From the IMG/VR virus record IMGVR_UViG_3300021141_000001: DNA of 64,000 bases. One strand, written 5' to 3'. The first letter of the stretch is position 1; the number at the start of each line of letters is the position of its first letter. The stretch is from a virus. Below, piece by piece: positions 48,459 to 58,347 of the stretch. The notes under the pieces were generated by a model. The model saw nothing but the letters and a program-made list of their open reading frames with translations. It had not been told where the DNA came from and did not search any database. The translations under genes were made by a program, and so were the position numbers.

Positions 48459-48495
48459 AAGACCAGATTAACAGAAATGTTATCTGGTCTTTTTT
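48459..48495 (+). terminator. Intrinsic terminator between the ncRNAs and the Ro60 gene
   Basis: AAGACCAGAT(T)AACA-GAAA-TGTTATCTGGTCTTTTTT. Confidence 0.8.
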
Positions 48496-48528
48496 ATTTA
48501 AAATAAATTAAAAATTAAAATATAAATT

Positions 48529-49980
48529 ATGTCAAAATTTAACACAACAATGCCAAAGGCAAAGACTTTAACTGAAAACCTAGCAGGTGGACAAGCTTAT
48601 TCTGAATCAAACGAGTTAGCACTTGTATCACTATTATTAACATCATTTGTTAATGATCAGTTCTATAGAAATGCTCAAACGTCATTAGATGAATTGAGAA
48701 AGCTTTCTGAGAAAGTAAAGGATAAAGAATTTGTTGCTAAGGCGGCTATCTTTGCTCGTGACCGTTTCGGTATGAGAAGTATTACTCATGCTCTTGCTGG
48801 TGAATTAACTTCACAACTATCGGGTGCCGAGTGGGGTAAAAACTTCTATGACAAAGTAGTTGTTCGTGTTGATGATATGACAGAAATCATGTCATACTAC
48901 TTGGCTTACAAGACATCTAAAGATAGTCCTAAGTTTCCAAATGCTTTGAAGAAAGGATTCGCTAAAGCTTTTGATAAGTTTGATGGTTACCAATTGGCTA
49001 AGTACAAAGGTGATAACAAAGAAGTAAAACTTGTTGACTTGGTTAACATTGTTCACCCAATTCCAACTGTTAGAAATAAAGCGGCTCTTGAGTCACTTGT
49101 TAAAGGTGAGTTGAAAAACACTCAAACTTGGGAGTCTATGTTATCTCAAGCTGGTCAAGTAGCTGAGTCTGAAGAAGACTTGACTAAATTGAAAGCTGAT
49201 GCTTGGTCAGAATTGATTTCTACTAAAAAGATTGGTTACTTTGCGCTTCTTAGAAACTTGAGAAATATCATTACTCAATCTCCAACTGCTGTTAGTTCAG
49301 CTTGTGAAATGTTAGTTGATGAAAGATTGATTAAGAGCTCAAGAGTTCTTCCATTCCGTTTCTCAACTGCTTATGAAGAAATCAGTAAGATTGGTTCTTC
49401 TAAAGACGTAAGAGACGTTCTTATGGCAATTGGTCAAGCACTTGATATTTCTGTTGCTAACGTACCAGTATTTGATGGTGAGACACTTGTTGTTATGGAC
49501 GTTTCTGGTTCTATGTCGGGTAAGCCATCTGAGATTGCTTCATTGTTTGGTGCTATCTTGGCTAAAGTTAATAACTGTGATGTTATGACTTTCTCTACTG
49601 ATGCTAAGTATATGTCTTACAATCCAATGGATTCTGTAATGACTATTAGAAATAGTTTCAGATTCTCAGGTGGTGGTACCAATTTCAAAGCCATCTTTGA
49701 TAGAGCTAACAAGAAGTATGACAGAGTTATTATCTTGTCAGACATGCAAGGTTGGATGGGTTATACAACTCCATCTGCTGAGTTCTCTAAGTACAAGAGT
49801 AAGTTTGGTGCTAACCCATACGTTTACTCTTGGGATCTTGCTGGAATGGGTACTTTACAGTTCCCTGAACAAAATGTCTTCGCTTTAGCTGGCTTCAGCG
49901 ATAAAGTTTTTGACATCATGAAAATGATGGAGTTAGACAAGAAAGCTCTTTACAATGAGATTAAGGCTATCAAGCTTTAA
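48529..49980 (+). CDS. Ro60/TROVE-domain RNA-binding protein with vWA domain
   Basis: ENLAGGQAY, FARDRFGMRS, YQLAKY, TWES, ALLRNLRNI, RVLPFRF, vWA MIDAS DVSGSMS, GGTN, IILSDMQ. Confidence 0.92.
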   Translation: MSKFNTTMPKAKTLTENLAGGQAYSESNELALVSLLLTSFVNDQFYRNAQTSLDELRKLSEKVKDKEFVAKAAIFARDRFGMRSITHALAGELTSQLSGAEWGKNFYDKVVVRVDDMTEIMSYYLAYKTSKDSPKFPNALKKGFAKAFDKFDGYQLAKYKGDNKEVKLVDLVNIVHPIPTVRNKAALESLVKGELKNTQTWESMLSQAGQVAESEEDLTKLKADAWSELISTKKIGYFALLRNLRNIITQSPTAVSSACEMLVDERLIKSSRVLPFRFSTAYEEISKIGSSKDVRDVLMAIGQALDISVANVPVFDGETLVVMDVSGSMSGKPSEIASLFGAILAKVNNCDVMTFSTDAKYMSYNPMDSVMTIRNSFRFSGGGTNFKAIFDRANKKYDRVIILSDMQGWMGYTTPSAEFSKYKSKFGANPYVYSWDLAGMGTLQFPEQNVFALAGFSDKVFDIMKMMELDKKALYNEIKAIKL

Positions 49981-49987
49981 TTAAACT

Positions 49988-50017
49988 AAAAACCCACTCA
50001 TTTGAGTGGGTTTTTTT
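49988..50017. terminator. Bidirectional terminator
   Basis: AAAAACCCACTC-ATTT-GAGTGGGTTTTTTT. Confidence 0.85.
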
Positions 50018-50738
50018 ATTCGTCTCTAAAAGTATAAGCGTCTATAGAATTAGCAATTTCATCCTCATCTATAGTGAATTGTTTAGTCTTCATATTATAT
50101 GAAGCCACTCCATATAAATCATCACCTAGAAATACACCAACTTCAATATATTCCTCATCATCAGTTGTGTCCATATATCTATCAAAGTCTATATTATCTT
50201 CTTTATAGATTTGTCTTAATCTTTTTAGACCATCTAAGTATTCTTTATCTTGAGATGTTTTGTAAATATCAAATGTATCTTTTAGTTCTTTTGTACTTAT
50301 CTCATCACTTATAAATGATATAGAAAAAGTGTGAATAACTCTTTCGTGTCCTGTTGTTTTATCTAACCAATACTCATTTTTTTCAAGTTTTAATTCTTCC
50401 GCTTCAACTCTATCTATCATTTCATCTACAGATATCTTAATAGTATTTAGATTATCAAGAACTTTATTAAAATCATTTTTACCTGGTATCAAACTGTATT
50501 GAATTTGACAAGTATAAAGTAATCTATATTTTTCATTATCATCAACTTCAGTATTAACGGCGTGACCCTTTGTATCAATTAGATATCTATAGTTACTAAC
50601 TCTAGCAAATTGTTTAACATCAAATAAACTATCATTAAATATATCAGTTGAAATAGCCTTAGATGTTAAGAAGTCCGAATATTGTTGAGATGTTCCAAAA
50701 GACTCTTTAATAAAGTCGTTATACTTTTTAAGTTTCAT
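50016..50738 (-). CDS. CTS-leader hypothetical protein
   Basis: MKLKKYNDFIKES; TAATATATA at 50743-51 (minus). Confidence 0.7.
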   Translation of the reverse strand: MKLKKYNDFIKESFGTSQQYSDFLTSKAISTDIFNDSLFDVKQFARVSNYRYLIDTKGHAVNTEVDDNEKYRLLYTCQIQYSLIPGKNDFNKVLDNLNTIKISVDEMIDRVEAEELKLEKNEYWLDKTTGHERVIHTFSISFISDEISTKELKDTFDIYKTSQDKEYLDGLKRLRQIYKEDNIDFDRYMDTTDDEEYIEVGVFLGDDLYGVASYNMKTKQFTIDEDEIANSIDAYTFRDE

Positions 50739-50752
50739 ATAATATATATTAA

Positions 50753-51523
50753 TTACTTCCAGATTTTTTCTAGATCTATCTTTGAGTTAATTTCAATTAT
50801 TTTATTTCCTCTTTTAAGAGAATACTTTTGAATTGGTTGAAACATTTTAATTACTTTTCTAACTTTTTTAGAATCAGATTCTTCTATATCGTAATTAAAT
50901 ATTTGAATTAAATTATCTATTTCATTAAAATTAACACTTCTTTTATTTCCTAGAAAGAATATAAAGTCATAGTTGAATTCATTATACTTAGCAACATCAT
51001 AGTCATCTGATTTGTCTATTAGATAATTTGTAACACAGTTTTCAACACCAATTGATGGTAGGCTGAATTTGAAATCTTCTATAATAAATTCTTTAGAATC
51101 TTTATTATAATGTTCCATTACTTCTTCTGAAAGTCTAAAGTAATTAAAATAATTAGATGAGAATTCTATAATTTTTTCTTCACCTAATTCATCATCAAAG
51201 TAAGTTAATTTTACTGCCTTACCTTTTGTAAATCTAACTATTTCTAAAAATATAAAAACAACATCAATACTTTTGATGTCGTTGAAATTGTAGCCAGTTG
51301 AGAACATAGTATTTTTCTCAACAATTTTTTTAAGTTTAGTAATAACTAAGCCTAAGTCATCTTTAATATAATCGTGTTCATATTCAATGATGTCACCAAC
51401 ATCAGCTTTTTTAATAATGATTTCAAAGTCATTATTATAGAATAAACCTTGAGAAGGAAGAGATTTAATATCTACTTTTTTTTGAAGGTTTAATAACCCT
51501 TTTAATAAATTTACTAAGTTCAT
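50753..51523 (-). CDS. Putative baseplate hub assembly protein (T4 gp26-like)
   Basis: LPSQGLFY motif, D..FIFLEIVRFT; late promoter at 51545-53 (minus). Confidence 0.55.
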   Translation of the reverse strand: MNLVNLLKGLLNLQKKVDIKSLPSQGLFYNNDFEIIIKKADVGDIIEYEHDYIKDDLGLVITKLKKIVEKNTMFSTGYNFNDIKSIDVVFIFLEIVRFTKGKAVKLTYFDDELGEEKIIEFSSNYFNYFRLSEEVMEHYNKDSKEFIIEDFKFSLPSIGVENCVTNYLIDKSDDYDVAKYNEFNYDFIFFLGNKRSVNFNEIDNLIQIFNYDIEESDSKKVRKVIKMFQPIQKYSLKRGNKIIEINSKIDLEKIWK

Positions 51524-51589
51524 ATTTCACTGGTTATTTTTTATTATATATTATTTTCACGAAGGTCATGTTGTCGAATATATACTTTG

Positions 51590-52306
51590 ATGATTTTACA
51601 AGGTGACTGTTTTGAGTTAATAAAAAATATTGAAAGTAAGTCTGTGGATTTGATTTTAGTCGATCCACCATACTTAATATCCAGACCATCTGGTTTTTCA
51701 AATTATTCAGATGACGCTTCAAAAGAATTAATAACAAAGTATGGTAAAGTATCAATTGATTTTGGTGATTGGGATAAAGGTGAGTTAGATTGGAACTTTC
51801 TTTTTAAAGAGTATAATCGAGTTTTAAAAGATGGTGGAACTTTAATTATTTTTTATGATGTTTGGAAATCTACAGAGATTAAAACTATGGCGGATAAATA
51901 CAAGTTCAAACAACCAAGAGTTTGTCAGTGGCAAAAATCAAATCCAGTTCCTATTAATTCTAAGTTAAATTACTTATCAAATGCTATTGAATACTTTTTC
52001 ACTTTTGTAAAAGGAAAAAAACCCACTTTTCATTCTGTTTATGATAATGGTGTTTATAGATATCCAATTTGTCACGGTAAAGAAAGATATGAACATCCAA
52101 CTCAAAAGCCATTACAATTGATTACTGATATTGTAAATAAACATTCAAATCCGGGTGATTTAGTTTTAGACAACTTTGCTGGTACTGGTACAACAGCACA
52201 CGCTTGTATATTAACTGATAGAAAATATATAGTGATGGAAAGAGATGAAAAGTATTTTGAAATAATAAAATCAAGAATCAATGGTTTAGTAGAACCAATA
52301 AAATAA
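51590..52306 (+). CDS. N4/N6 DNA methyltransferase (beta class), orphan
   Basis: GDC, DLILVDPPY, HPTQKP, VLDNFAGTGTT. Confidence 0.9.
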   Translation: MILQGDCFELIKNIESKSVDLILVDPPYLISRPSGFSNYSDDASKELITKYGKVSIDFGDWDKGELDWNFLFKEYNRVLKDGGTLIIFYDVWKSTEIKTMADKYKFKQPRVCQWQKSNPVPINSKLNYLSNAIEYFFTFVKGKKPTFHSVYDNGVYRYPICHGKERYEHPTQKPLQLITDIVNKHSNPGDLVLDNFAGTGTTAHACILTDRKYIVMERDEKYFEIIKSRINGLVEPIK

Positions 52307-52317
52307 AATATAAAATT

Positions 52318-52713
52318 ATGTCTATTATAATAAGAAACTCACAATTAAATGATGAAACAATTGCCGCTTTAAATAAATTAGTTGATGTTGATATTAACGC
52401 TTCGGTGGCATTTAAATTAATGAGAATTATTAAAGAAATATCTTCTATTGTTGATGATAAGAATAAGATGGAACAAATGATTATTAGTAAACACTCTGAA
52501 AAGGATGAAGAAGGTAAAGTTGTTCAAGCTAAGGATGACCAAGGTAATCCAATAGGTATTAATATTAAAAATATAGAATCATTTTCTGCTGATATGGAGG
52601 ATTTTATGAGTGTTGAGAATGAGATAGGATATGATAAAATTAATTTTGAAGATTTAAATTTACAAACTGCTAGAGTCAAAGATTTAATGAAATTAGAATT
52701 TTTATTCAATTAA
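52318..52713 (+). CDS. Hypothetical helical phage protein
   Basis: ORF only. Confidence 0.65.
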   Translation: MSIIIRNSQLNDETIAALNKLVDVDINASVAFKLMRIIKEISSIVDDKNKMEQMIISKHSEKDEEGKVVQAKDDQGNPIGINIKNIESFSADMEDFMSVENEIGYDKINFEDLNLQTARVKDLMKLEFLFN

Positions 52714-52738
52714 AAAAAAGTCCTTCAGGACTTTTTTT
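52712..52738 (+). terminator. Intrinsic terminator
   Basis: AAAAAAAAGTCC-TTCA-GGACTTTTTTT. Confidence 0.75.
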
Positions 52739-52797
52739 GTTTTAAACCAATAAATAGTCTTGTCTTTTTAATATATACAAAAAAAGAATAAGATTAA

Positions 52798-54375
52798 ATG
52801 CCAGCTACATATAGTATAAGTGTTGGAACACCAACAGAAGCTTTGAGAAAGCAGGATATTAACAGTGTTCTATTAGATTTACCTGATAATACCCAAAAAT
52901 TAATATCACCTAGAGATGTTAGAGATGCTTTTGTAACTACTTGGGCTAATTCGGCTTTTAAACAAACGATTGGACAAGCTAGTATTGAATATTTAGGTAT
53001 TGACTCTGGTAATCCTAATAATAGAGATATCAAACAAAAGATTTTTATTGGTAAAAGAAGTTATGCTGGTTTGGATATAATGAATAATTCTTTATTAAAT
53101 GATACTAATAATGATATTTATATTTTTAACACAAAACCAGATAATTATTCAACACAAAGTACAACAATTACTATCTTAGCTGGAACTAATTCTTCATTAC
53201 ATTCATATGCTCCTTATATACAATCAAATGTTGTAAATTCTGGTAATGCTTTAGGATTAGATTTTATTAATCCTTCGCAGTTTTCAGGACCTATTAATGT
53301 TTATAGTAATACCGGTAGAGTTGCTATTAATGGTATTTTATTTCCAACAGTTTCTGAGACTTCTGCTTCAGCATCTAATGGTAAGATATTAAAATATTCT
53401 GGTACTTATCCAAATGGTGTTCTTAGATGGACCGAACCAACAGTTAGTATTGCTAATATTGGATCTCCTGGATTACCAACAAATATTTATGGTAGTCCAA
53501 GTAATGTAAATGGTCATTCTTTAGAGTTTGTTGATAGTTCTCCTGTGCCTATTGCGGTTGGTGGTATTGCTCAAGGTAGTTCTTTTTCAGCTGGTTCTTA
53601 TAATGGTCAGAATTGGCCCTTATCAGAAGTTATTAGAAAAATATTATATCCTTATGTACCACCTACTTTATCATTGAGTGTTGATACTAATGGTGTGAAT
53701 TATTTTACAACAGGTTTGACTCACTCAGCTTTATTTAGTTATTCAATTACTAGATATACAAATGATATTAATAGTTATAATATAACAGGTACTACATATT
53801 CTGGTTTATCTTTTAGTGGTGTTGTTGGTAGTCAATTTAGTGCTACTTTTAGTTCTAGTATTTATAGTAATGCTACCATTACAAATAATTTATTAAATAC
53901 TCTTCCATATGTTAGTGGACTAACACAAAGTTATGTTTTAAGTGCTCGTGATAATACAGTTCTTTTAACTTTTTCACATAGTGCTACAGCTTCTGTGAAG
54001 TTTGTACATCCTAGCTTTTATGGATTTAGTTTAACTAAAATAACATCTGGTTCTTTGTTGGGATCTTTTGTTAATTCATCTACTAGACTTGCTCTTCCTT
54101 ATTTAGGATCTCAGTCAGTTTCTTTGAATTATAATGGTTCTGGTTATGTTTATTTTGTAGTTCCTAATATTTATCCAGATTTATCTAAAATTAAAGATCC
54201 AAATGGATTTATTATACATGACTCTACATTACCAGCATTGACCGTATTTACACATTCTACATATGCTCCATCTGGAGGTAATAATTTACCAACACCAGTG
54301 CCTTCTTATAGAGTATATAGAACAATTGGAACATGTAGTTATACCAGTAGTGGTAATTTTGAATTTATATTTTAA
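52798..54375 (+). CDS. Putative virion structural/tail protein (paralog A)
   Basis: S/T/G/N-rich, beta-like; TAATATATA at 52769-77; collinear with the next gene. Confidence 0.65.
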   Translation: MPATYSISVGTPTEALRKQDINSVLLDLPDNTQKLISPRDVRDAFVTTWANSAFKQTIGQASIEYLGIDSGNPNNRDIKQKIFIGKRSYAGLDIMNNSLLNDTNNDIYIFNTKPDNYSTQSTTITILAGTNSSLHSYAPYIQSNVVNSGNALGLDFINPSQFSGPINVYSNTGRVAINGILFPTVSETSASASNGKILKYSGTYPNGVLRWTEPTVSIANIGSPGLPTNIYGSPSNVNGHSLEFVDSSPVPIAVGGIAQGSSFSAGSYNGQNWPLSEVIRKILYPYVPPTLSLSVDTNGVNYFTTGLTHSALFSYSITRYTNDINSYNITGTTYSGLSFSGVVGSQFSATFSSSIYSNATITNNLLNTLPYVSGLTQSYVLSARDNTVLLTFSHSATASVKFVHPSFYGFSLTKITSGSLLGSFVNSSTRLALPYLGSQSVSLNYNGSGYVYFVVPNIYPDLSKIKDPNGFIIHDSTLPALTVFTHSTYAPSGGNNLPTPVPSYRVYRTIGTCSYTSSGNFEFIF

Positions 54376-54377
54376 TA

Positions 54378-55919
54378 ATGGCAACATATAGTATCAATAC
54401 AGGAACTTCAACAGAAACGATGACCTATAATATAATAGGAGCTACTGCTATTGATTTAAGTCCAGTTCTTGATATTTTAAAAGATAATAGTAATAAAGAA
54501 ATAAATCCTAAGGATATTAGAGATGCTGTTTTAACATCATTTTCTAATTCAGCATTTAAACAAACATTAGCATCACAATCAACTATTTCTTACATTGGTG
54601 TTGATACAGTTAATCCTAATTATTTAAATAAAGATGTTAAGAAAAAAGTTTATTTTGGAAAAAGAGCTTTTTCACAATTAAATTCTTATTCATATACAGA
54701 TGATATAATGACTTCTAGTTTGTTAAATTCTGATACTGATATTTTTCTTTATAATACTAAAAAAGATACAGTATCTAATAATCGAACAAAAATTGCTATA
54801 TTAGCAGGTACTAATTCTTCTTTATATACAAATTCACCTTATTTACAATCACAAATAATTACTGTTGGTACTTATTCTTCTTTATCTTTAGATATTATTA
54901 ACCCAACTATTACTGGCGCTACTTATGCCGTTATTAATTTCAATAGTGACTCTGGAACTGTTTCTTTTAATAATATAGCTTTTCCTAGTCCTCAATCATC
55001 ATATGGTTTGATACCTGGATTAACTGCTGCTGGTAATGATAGAGTTTTAAAATGGAATAATGGTATTTTAGGTTGGGATGATATTTTATTACCAGATACT
55101 AGTTATATAGGCGTAACTGGAAGTGCTATTAATATTTATGGTTCTCCAGTAAATGTTAATGGTTATCCTTTAGAGTTTACTGATAGTCGACAATGTACAG
55201 TGCCTATTGGAGATATTCAATTAGGTGAAACATTTAATTCAGTTTCAATTGTTGAAATGTTAAGAAGAATGGTTTATGATTATTTACCACCTACATGTAG
55301 TTTATCTGTTTTACCTCCTTATTCATCAGGTTATGTTGAGGTTGGTTCAACACCTTTAATAAAATTAGGTTACACTATTAATAAAAAAAGTTTACCTACT
55401 CAGACATCTATATTTTATTATATGATACCAAGTAGTTATCCACCTATTACAACCAATGGTCAAGTATCTGTTTCGGGTACAGTTAATGGTGTTGTTATTA
55501 CACCTATTACTAGTGCTACTACTTCATTTACAATAACAGTGAGTGATGGTACTCAATCTAATTCATCAAGTACTACAGTGACTGGTATTTATCCTTATTT
55601 TTATGGATTCAGTTCACTTACAACAATGACAACAGCCGGTTTGGCAGCATTGACAAAATTAGTAGAGCCTCAAGGAATAAAAAATATTGATGTTATTGGT
55701 AATGGTAATTTATATTTTATTTATGATAGTAATTATCCTTTATTAAGTGCTATCTATAATGAATTTGGAAATACAATTTCTGGTTCTTTTTCATCACCTA
55801 CAATTTTAACATTATCATCACCTACTGGTCTTTGGGCTTCAAAACAGTTTAGAGTTTATCAATATAATGGTGTTCCTCAAATTGGACCACCATCAATAAA
55901 TTATCAATTCAAATATTAA
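54378..55919 (+). CDS. Putative virion structural/tail protein (paralog B)
   Basis: INPKDIRDA..NSAFKQT and NIYGSP.NVNG..LEF shared with 52798-54375. Confidence 0.65.
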   Translation: MATYSINTGTSTETMTYNIIGATAIDLSPVLDILKDNSNKEINPKDIRDAVLTSFSNSAFKQTLASQSTISYIGVDTVNPNYLNKDVKKKVYFGKRAFSQLNSYSYTDDIMTSSLLNSDTDIFLYNTKKDTVSNNRTKIAILAGTNSSLYTNSPYLQSQIITVGTYSSLSLDIINPTITGATYAVINFNSDSGTVSFNNIAFPSPQSSYGLIPGLTAAGNDRVLKWNNGILGWDDILLPDTSYIGVTGSAINIYGSPVNVNGYPLEFTDSRQCTVPIGDIQLGETFNSVSIVEMLRRMVYDYLPPTCSLSVLPPYSSGYVEVGSTPLIKLGYTINKKSLPTQTSIFYYMIPSSYPPITTNGQVSVSGTVNGVVITPITSATTSFTITVSDGTQSNSSSTTVTGIYPYFYGFSSLTTMTTAGLAALTKLVEPQGIKNIDVIGNGNLYFIYDSNYPLLSAIYNEFGNTISGSFSSPTILTLSSPTGLWASKQFRVYQYNGVPQIGPPSINYQFKY

Positions 55920-55937
55920 AAATTTTATATATACACT

Positions 55938-57158
55938 ATGGCAATACAAATTATAGATGGATTTCAAGTAAACACCGCTTTACCGATAGATAACAGAATA
56001 GTTGCTTCTGGATCAACAGCAAGAAATGCTATACCTTATAAATATCATGGTTTAAGAGTATTTGATATATCAAATAATATACCTTATGTTTGGAATGGTT
56101 CATCTTGGGTTTCTGAGAATGCCTCCGGTATTGTTGGTTCTGGTACAAGTACTTTTTTCCCTTTATTTACATCATCTAATGTTGTAGGTGATAGTTTTTT
56201 ATATCAAGATGGTGGAGTTATTAAAACAGGTGATGATGGTGGTGGATCTGATTTAGTTGAAATTAGTCCATATTATGGAACAGTTACTGTCCAAGGTGGT
56301 TTTGTTGGACCTGGTACTTCTATTACTAACATAAATGGTTCTAATATAAATAGTGGTTCTATACCAGTTAATAAACTAGTAAATGGTTCAACTGGTCAAG
56401 TTTTAGTATCAAGTGTTACTAATCCTTTTTGGTCAAATACTAGTCAATTATCTGTAGGTACTGCTTCTGTTGCTGTTAATGCTACACAGGTTTCTATTAC
56501 CGGCACCGATGCTTCATCTACCGAAAGATATTTGACATTTATTGATACAATCAATATTAGTCCTGTTAATAATATAGTTAAGGCGAATACAACTTTAAGA
56601 TTTAAACCATCTACTGGTCAATTATTGATAAATTCTGGTGCTGTTGCTACTCCAGGTATTGGTATTATAGGTACTACAAATACTGGTATTTATAAATATA
56701 GTACTAGTGGACTTGGTATAACGGTTGCTGGTTCTGAAAAGGCATCTTTTAATACTGATGGTATCAGACATGTGAATACTACTTTTAGTAATCCTGGAAA
56801 TATTGCTTCTTTTGTAGTTGGTACTGGTAATTTAACTCGAGCAACACAAATAACTATTGCTTCTGTTACTTATGATAGAGTTATATATGTTTATAGCAGT
56901 AGTAATGAAAATAATTATTATTCTACTTCTGGCTTCTTTGAAATAGAAATTTACATCATTAATGGAGGAGTTAATCAACAAATATATACTATTTTTCATG
57001 GAAATGATAGTGATATTAGACCTACAGGTATAGGATATAACTATATTTTACCTGCCGGTTCATCATCTACTATAAGTCTTTATAAGGGTAATAACTTAGC
57101 GTGGAATGCCGGGTCTGGGCCTACAATTTATGCTAAGTCTTTGAAATTTGGTCTTTAA
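55938..57158 (+). CDS. Putative tail fibre/appendage protein
   Basis: PIDNR...YHGLRVFD..YVWNGSSW N-terminus; G/S/T-rich; TTATATATA upstream. Confidence 0.6.
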   Translation: MAIQIIDGFQVNTALPIDNRIVASGSTARNAIPYKYHGLRVFDISNNIPYVWNGSSWVSENASGIVGSGTSTFFPLFTSSNVVGDSFLYQDGGVIKTGDDGGGSDLVEISPYYGTVTVQGGFVGPGTSITNINGSNINSGSIPVNKLVNGSTGQVLVSSVTNPFWSNTSQLSVGTASVAVNATQVSITGTDASSTERYLTFIDTINISPVNNIVKANTTLRFKPSTGQLLINSGAVATPGIGIIGTTNTGIYKYSTSGLGITVAGSEKASFNTDGIRHVNTTFSNPGNIASFVVGTGNLTRATQITIASVTYDRVIYVYSSSNENNYYSTSGFFEIEIYIINGGVNQQIYTIFHGNDSDIRPTGIGYNYILPAGSSSTISLYKGNNLAWNAGSGPTIYAKSLKFGL

Positions 57159-57160
57159 GA

Positions 57161-57847
57161 TTACTCTTCTATTTTTTCAAACCACCAATTGAAATAAATG
57201 TAGTTATCACCAACTAGATTGTAATAATCGGTTTCGTATTTAACAACCATTTTATTATCATGAGCTCTAATTAATTCTATTTCAATTCCTTTATCCATTT
57301 TTAACTGTTTACCAGTCTCAGTTGAATAACAATATAACTCATCGTTTAGCAGTTTATACATACCTGGTTCAGGTTTTAGCCAAGATTTAATTGTTTTAAT
57401 AATAAGTCCTTTGATTTTAATAATCCATTCTTTACTTTGATATAAATCAAAATCTTTGAATACTTCTGATGTGAATTCTGGATTAGGACTCATAACATTT
57501 TCAATAACACCCCAATATTCATAATCATCAATTACAAAAGTAATATAAGCGTCATAGAATATACTATTTGATTTAACAATTCTAAGAATTTTCATCTTTT
57601 GAATATCTTGACTTTCTAAACCTAATTTACTTCTTAAATTTTTATAAGCACTAGTACCTGCTAAATTATAAAGAATGTCATTAACTCTTGACATTGCTTG
57701 TCTAATAGCATCTGCGTGTTTATCAAAGGCATTAGTTGATAAAGATGGATCATCAACACCACCAATTGCTCCAGCAGCAGAATCTGGATTCATTCTTTGC
57801 ATGTTAAATTCAGTAAATTCTAAAATAAGTTTATTCTTACGTTTCAT
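57161..57847 (-). CDS. Hypothetical late protein (LILEFTEFN CTS-like motif)
   Basis: ORF; bidirectional promoter upstream. Confidence 0.7.
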   Translation of the reverse strand: MKRKNKLILEFTEFNMQRMNPDSAAGAIGGVDDPSLSTNAFDKHADAIRQAMSRVNDILYNLAGTSAYKNLRSKLGLESQDIQKMKILRIVKSNSIFYDAYITFVIDDYEYWGVIENVMSPNPEFTSEVFKDFDLYQSKEWIIKIKGLIIKTIKSWLKPEPGMYKLLNDELYCYSTETGKQLKMDKGIEIELIRAHDNKMVVKYETDYYNLVGDNYIYFNWWFEKIEE

Positions 57848-57851
57848 AATA

Positions 57852-57867
57852 TTAATATATATATTAA
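57852..57867. promoter_or_regulatory. Palindromic bidirectional late promoter TTAATATATATATTAA
   Basis: Contains TAATATATA on both strands between divergent genes. Confidence 0.65.
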
Positions 57868-57885
57868 AATTATCAAACCATTATT

Positions 57886-58203
57886 ATGAAAATTAAAAGA
57901 TTCAATGAAGACGAACAAGTAGATATCTCATCTGAAAGAGTTAGTGAAATTAATGAAGAATTAAAAGACTTTGCTGCTATTATGTTAGATAAATCTAAAT
58001 ATATTGAGTCTCTTCTAAATGAACTTAATAACTTCAGAAGTGATTCTAAAAAAGGTAATGATCAAATAGATGATTCTATTGCGGCTCTTCAAGTTATAAA
58101 GAAAGATGTTGATGATTGTAATGATAAGATTGATACTGTTATCAATAATTTAATGGATTACAATGATGGTGGTAGAAAATATATGTATACCGAAAACAAG
58201 TAA
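57886..58203 (+). CDS. CTS-leader coiled-coil protein
   Basis: MKIKRFNE; heptad pattern. Confidence 0.7.
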   Translation: MKIKRFNEDEQVDISSERVSEINEELKDFAAIMLDKSKYIESLLNELNNFRSDSKKGNDQIDDSIAALQVIKKDVDDCNDKIDTVINNLMDYNDGGRKYMYTENK

Positions 58204-58224
58204 TTAAATTTACTGTATAATACT

Positions 58225-58347
58225 ATGGCGGTTTGGGAAAATATACCTGAGTGTAAAAAAGAGTCTATAATTAAATCTTTATATAGATTTGATAGGATTC
58301 AAAAAAGAAAGAAAACAATCAAAAGATTATTTAATGTTAATAGGTAA
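58225..58347 (+). CDS. 40-aa peptide ending in an RxxTI-type tag (MAVWENIPECKKESIIKSLYRFDRIQKRKKTIKRLFNVNR)
   Basis: Manual translation; overlaps the start of the next gene; carries the shared tag. Confidence 0.5.
   Translation: MAVWENIPECKKESIIKSLYRFDRIQKRKKTIKRLFNVNR

Noticed and set aside
58289-58333. TTG start for the capsid-fragment ORF, and other long upstream starts (5996, 11798, 24433, 47246)
   Set aside because: These extensions overlap terminators, promoters or a neighbouring ORF; downstream ATGs fit the promoter positions and homology better.
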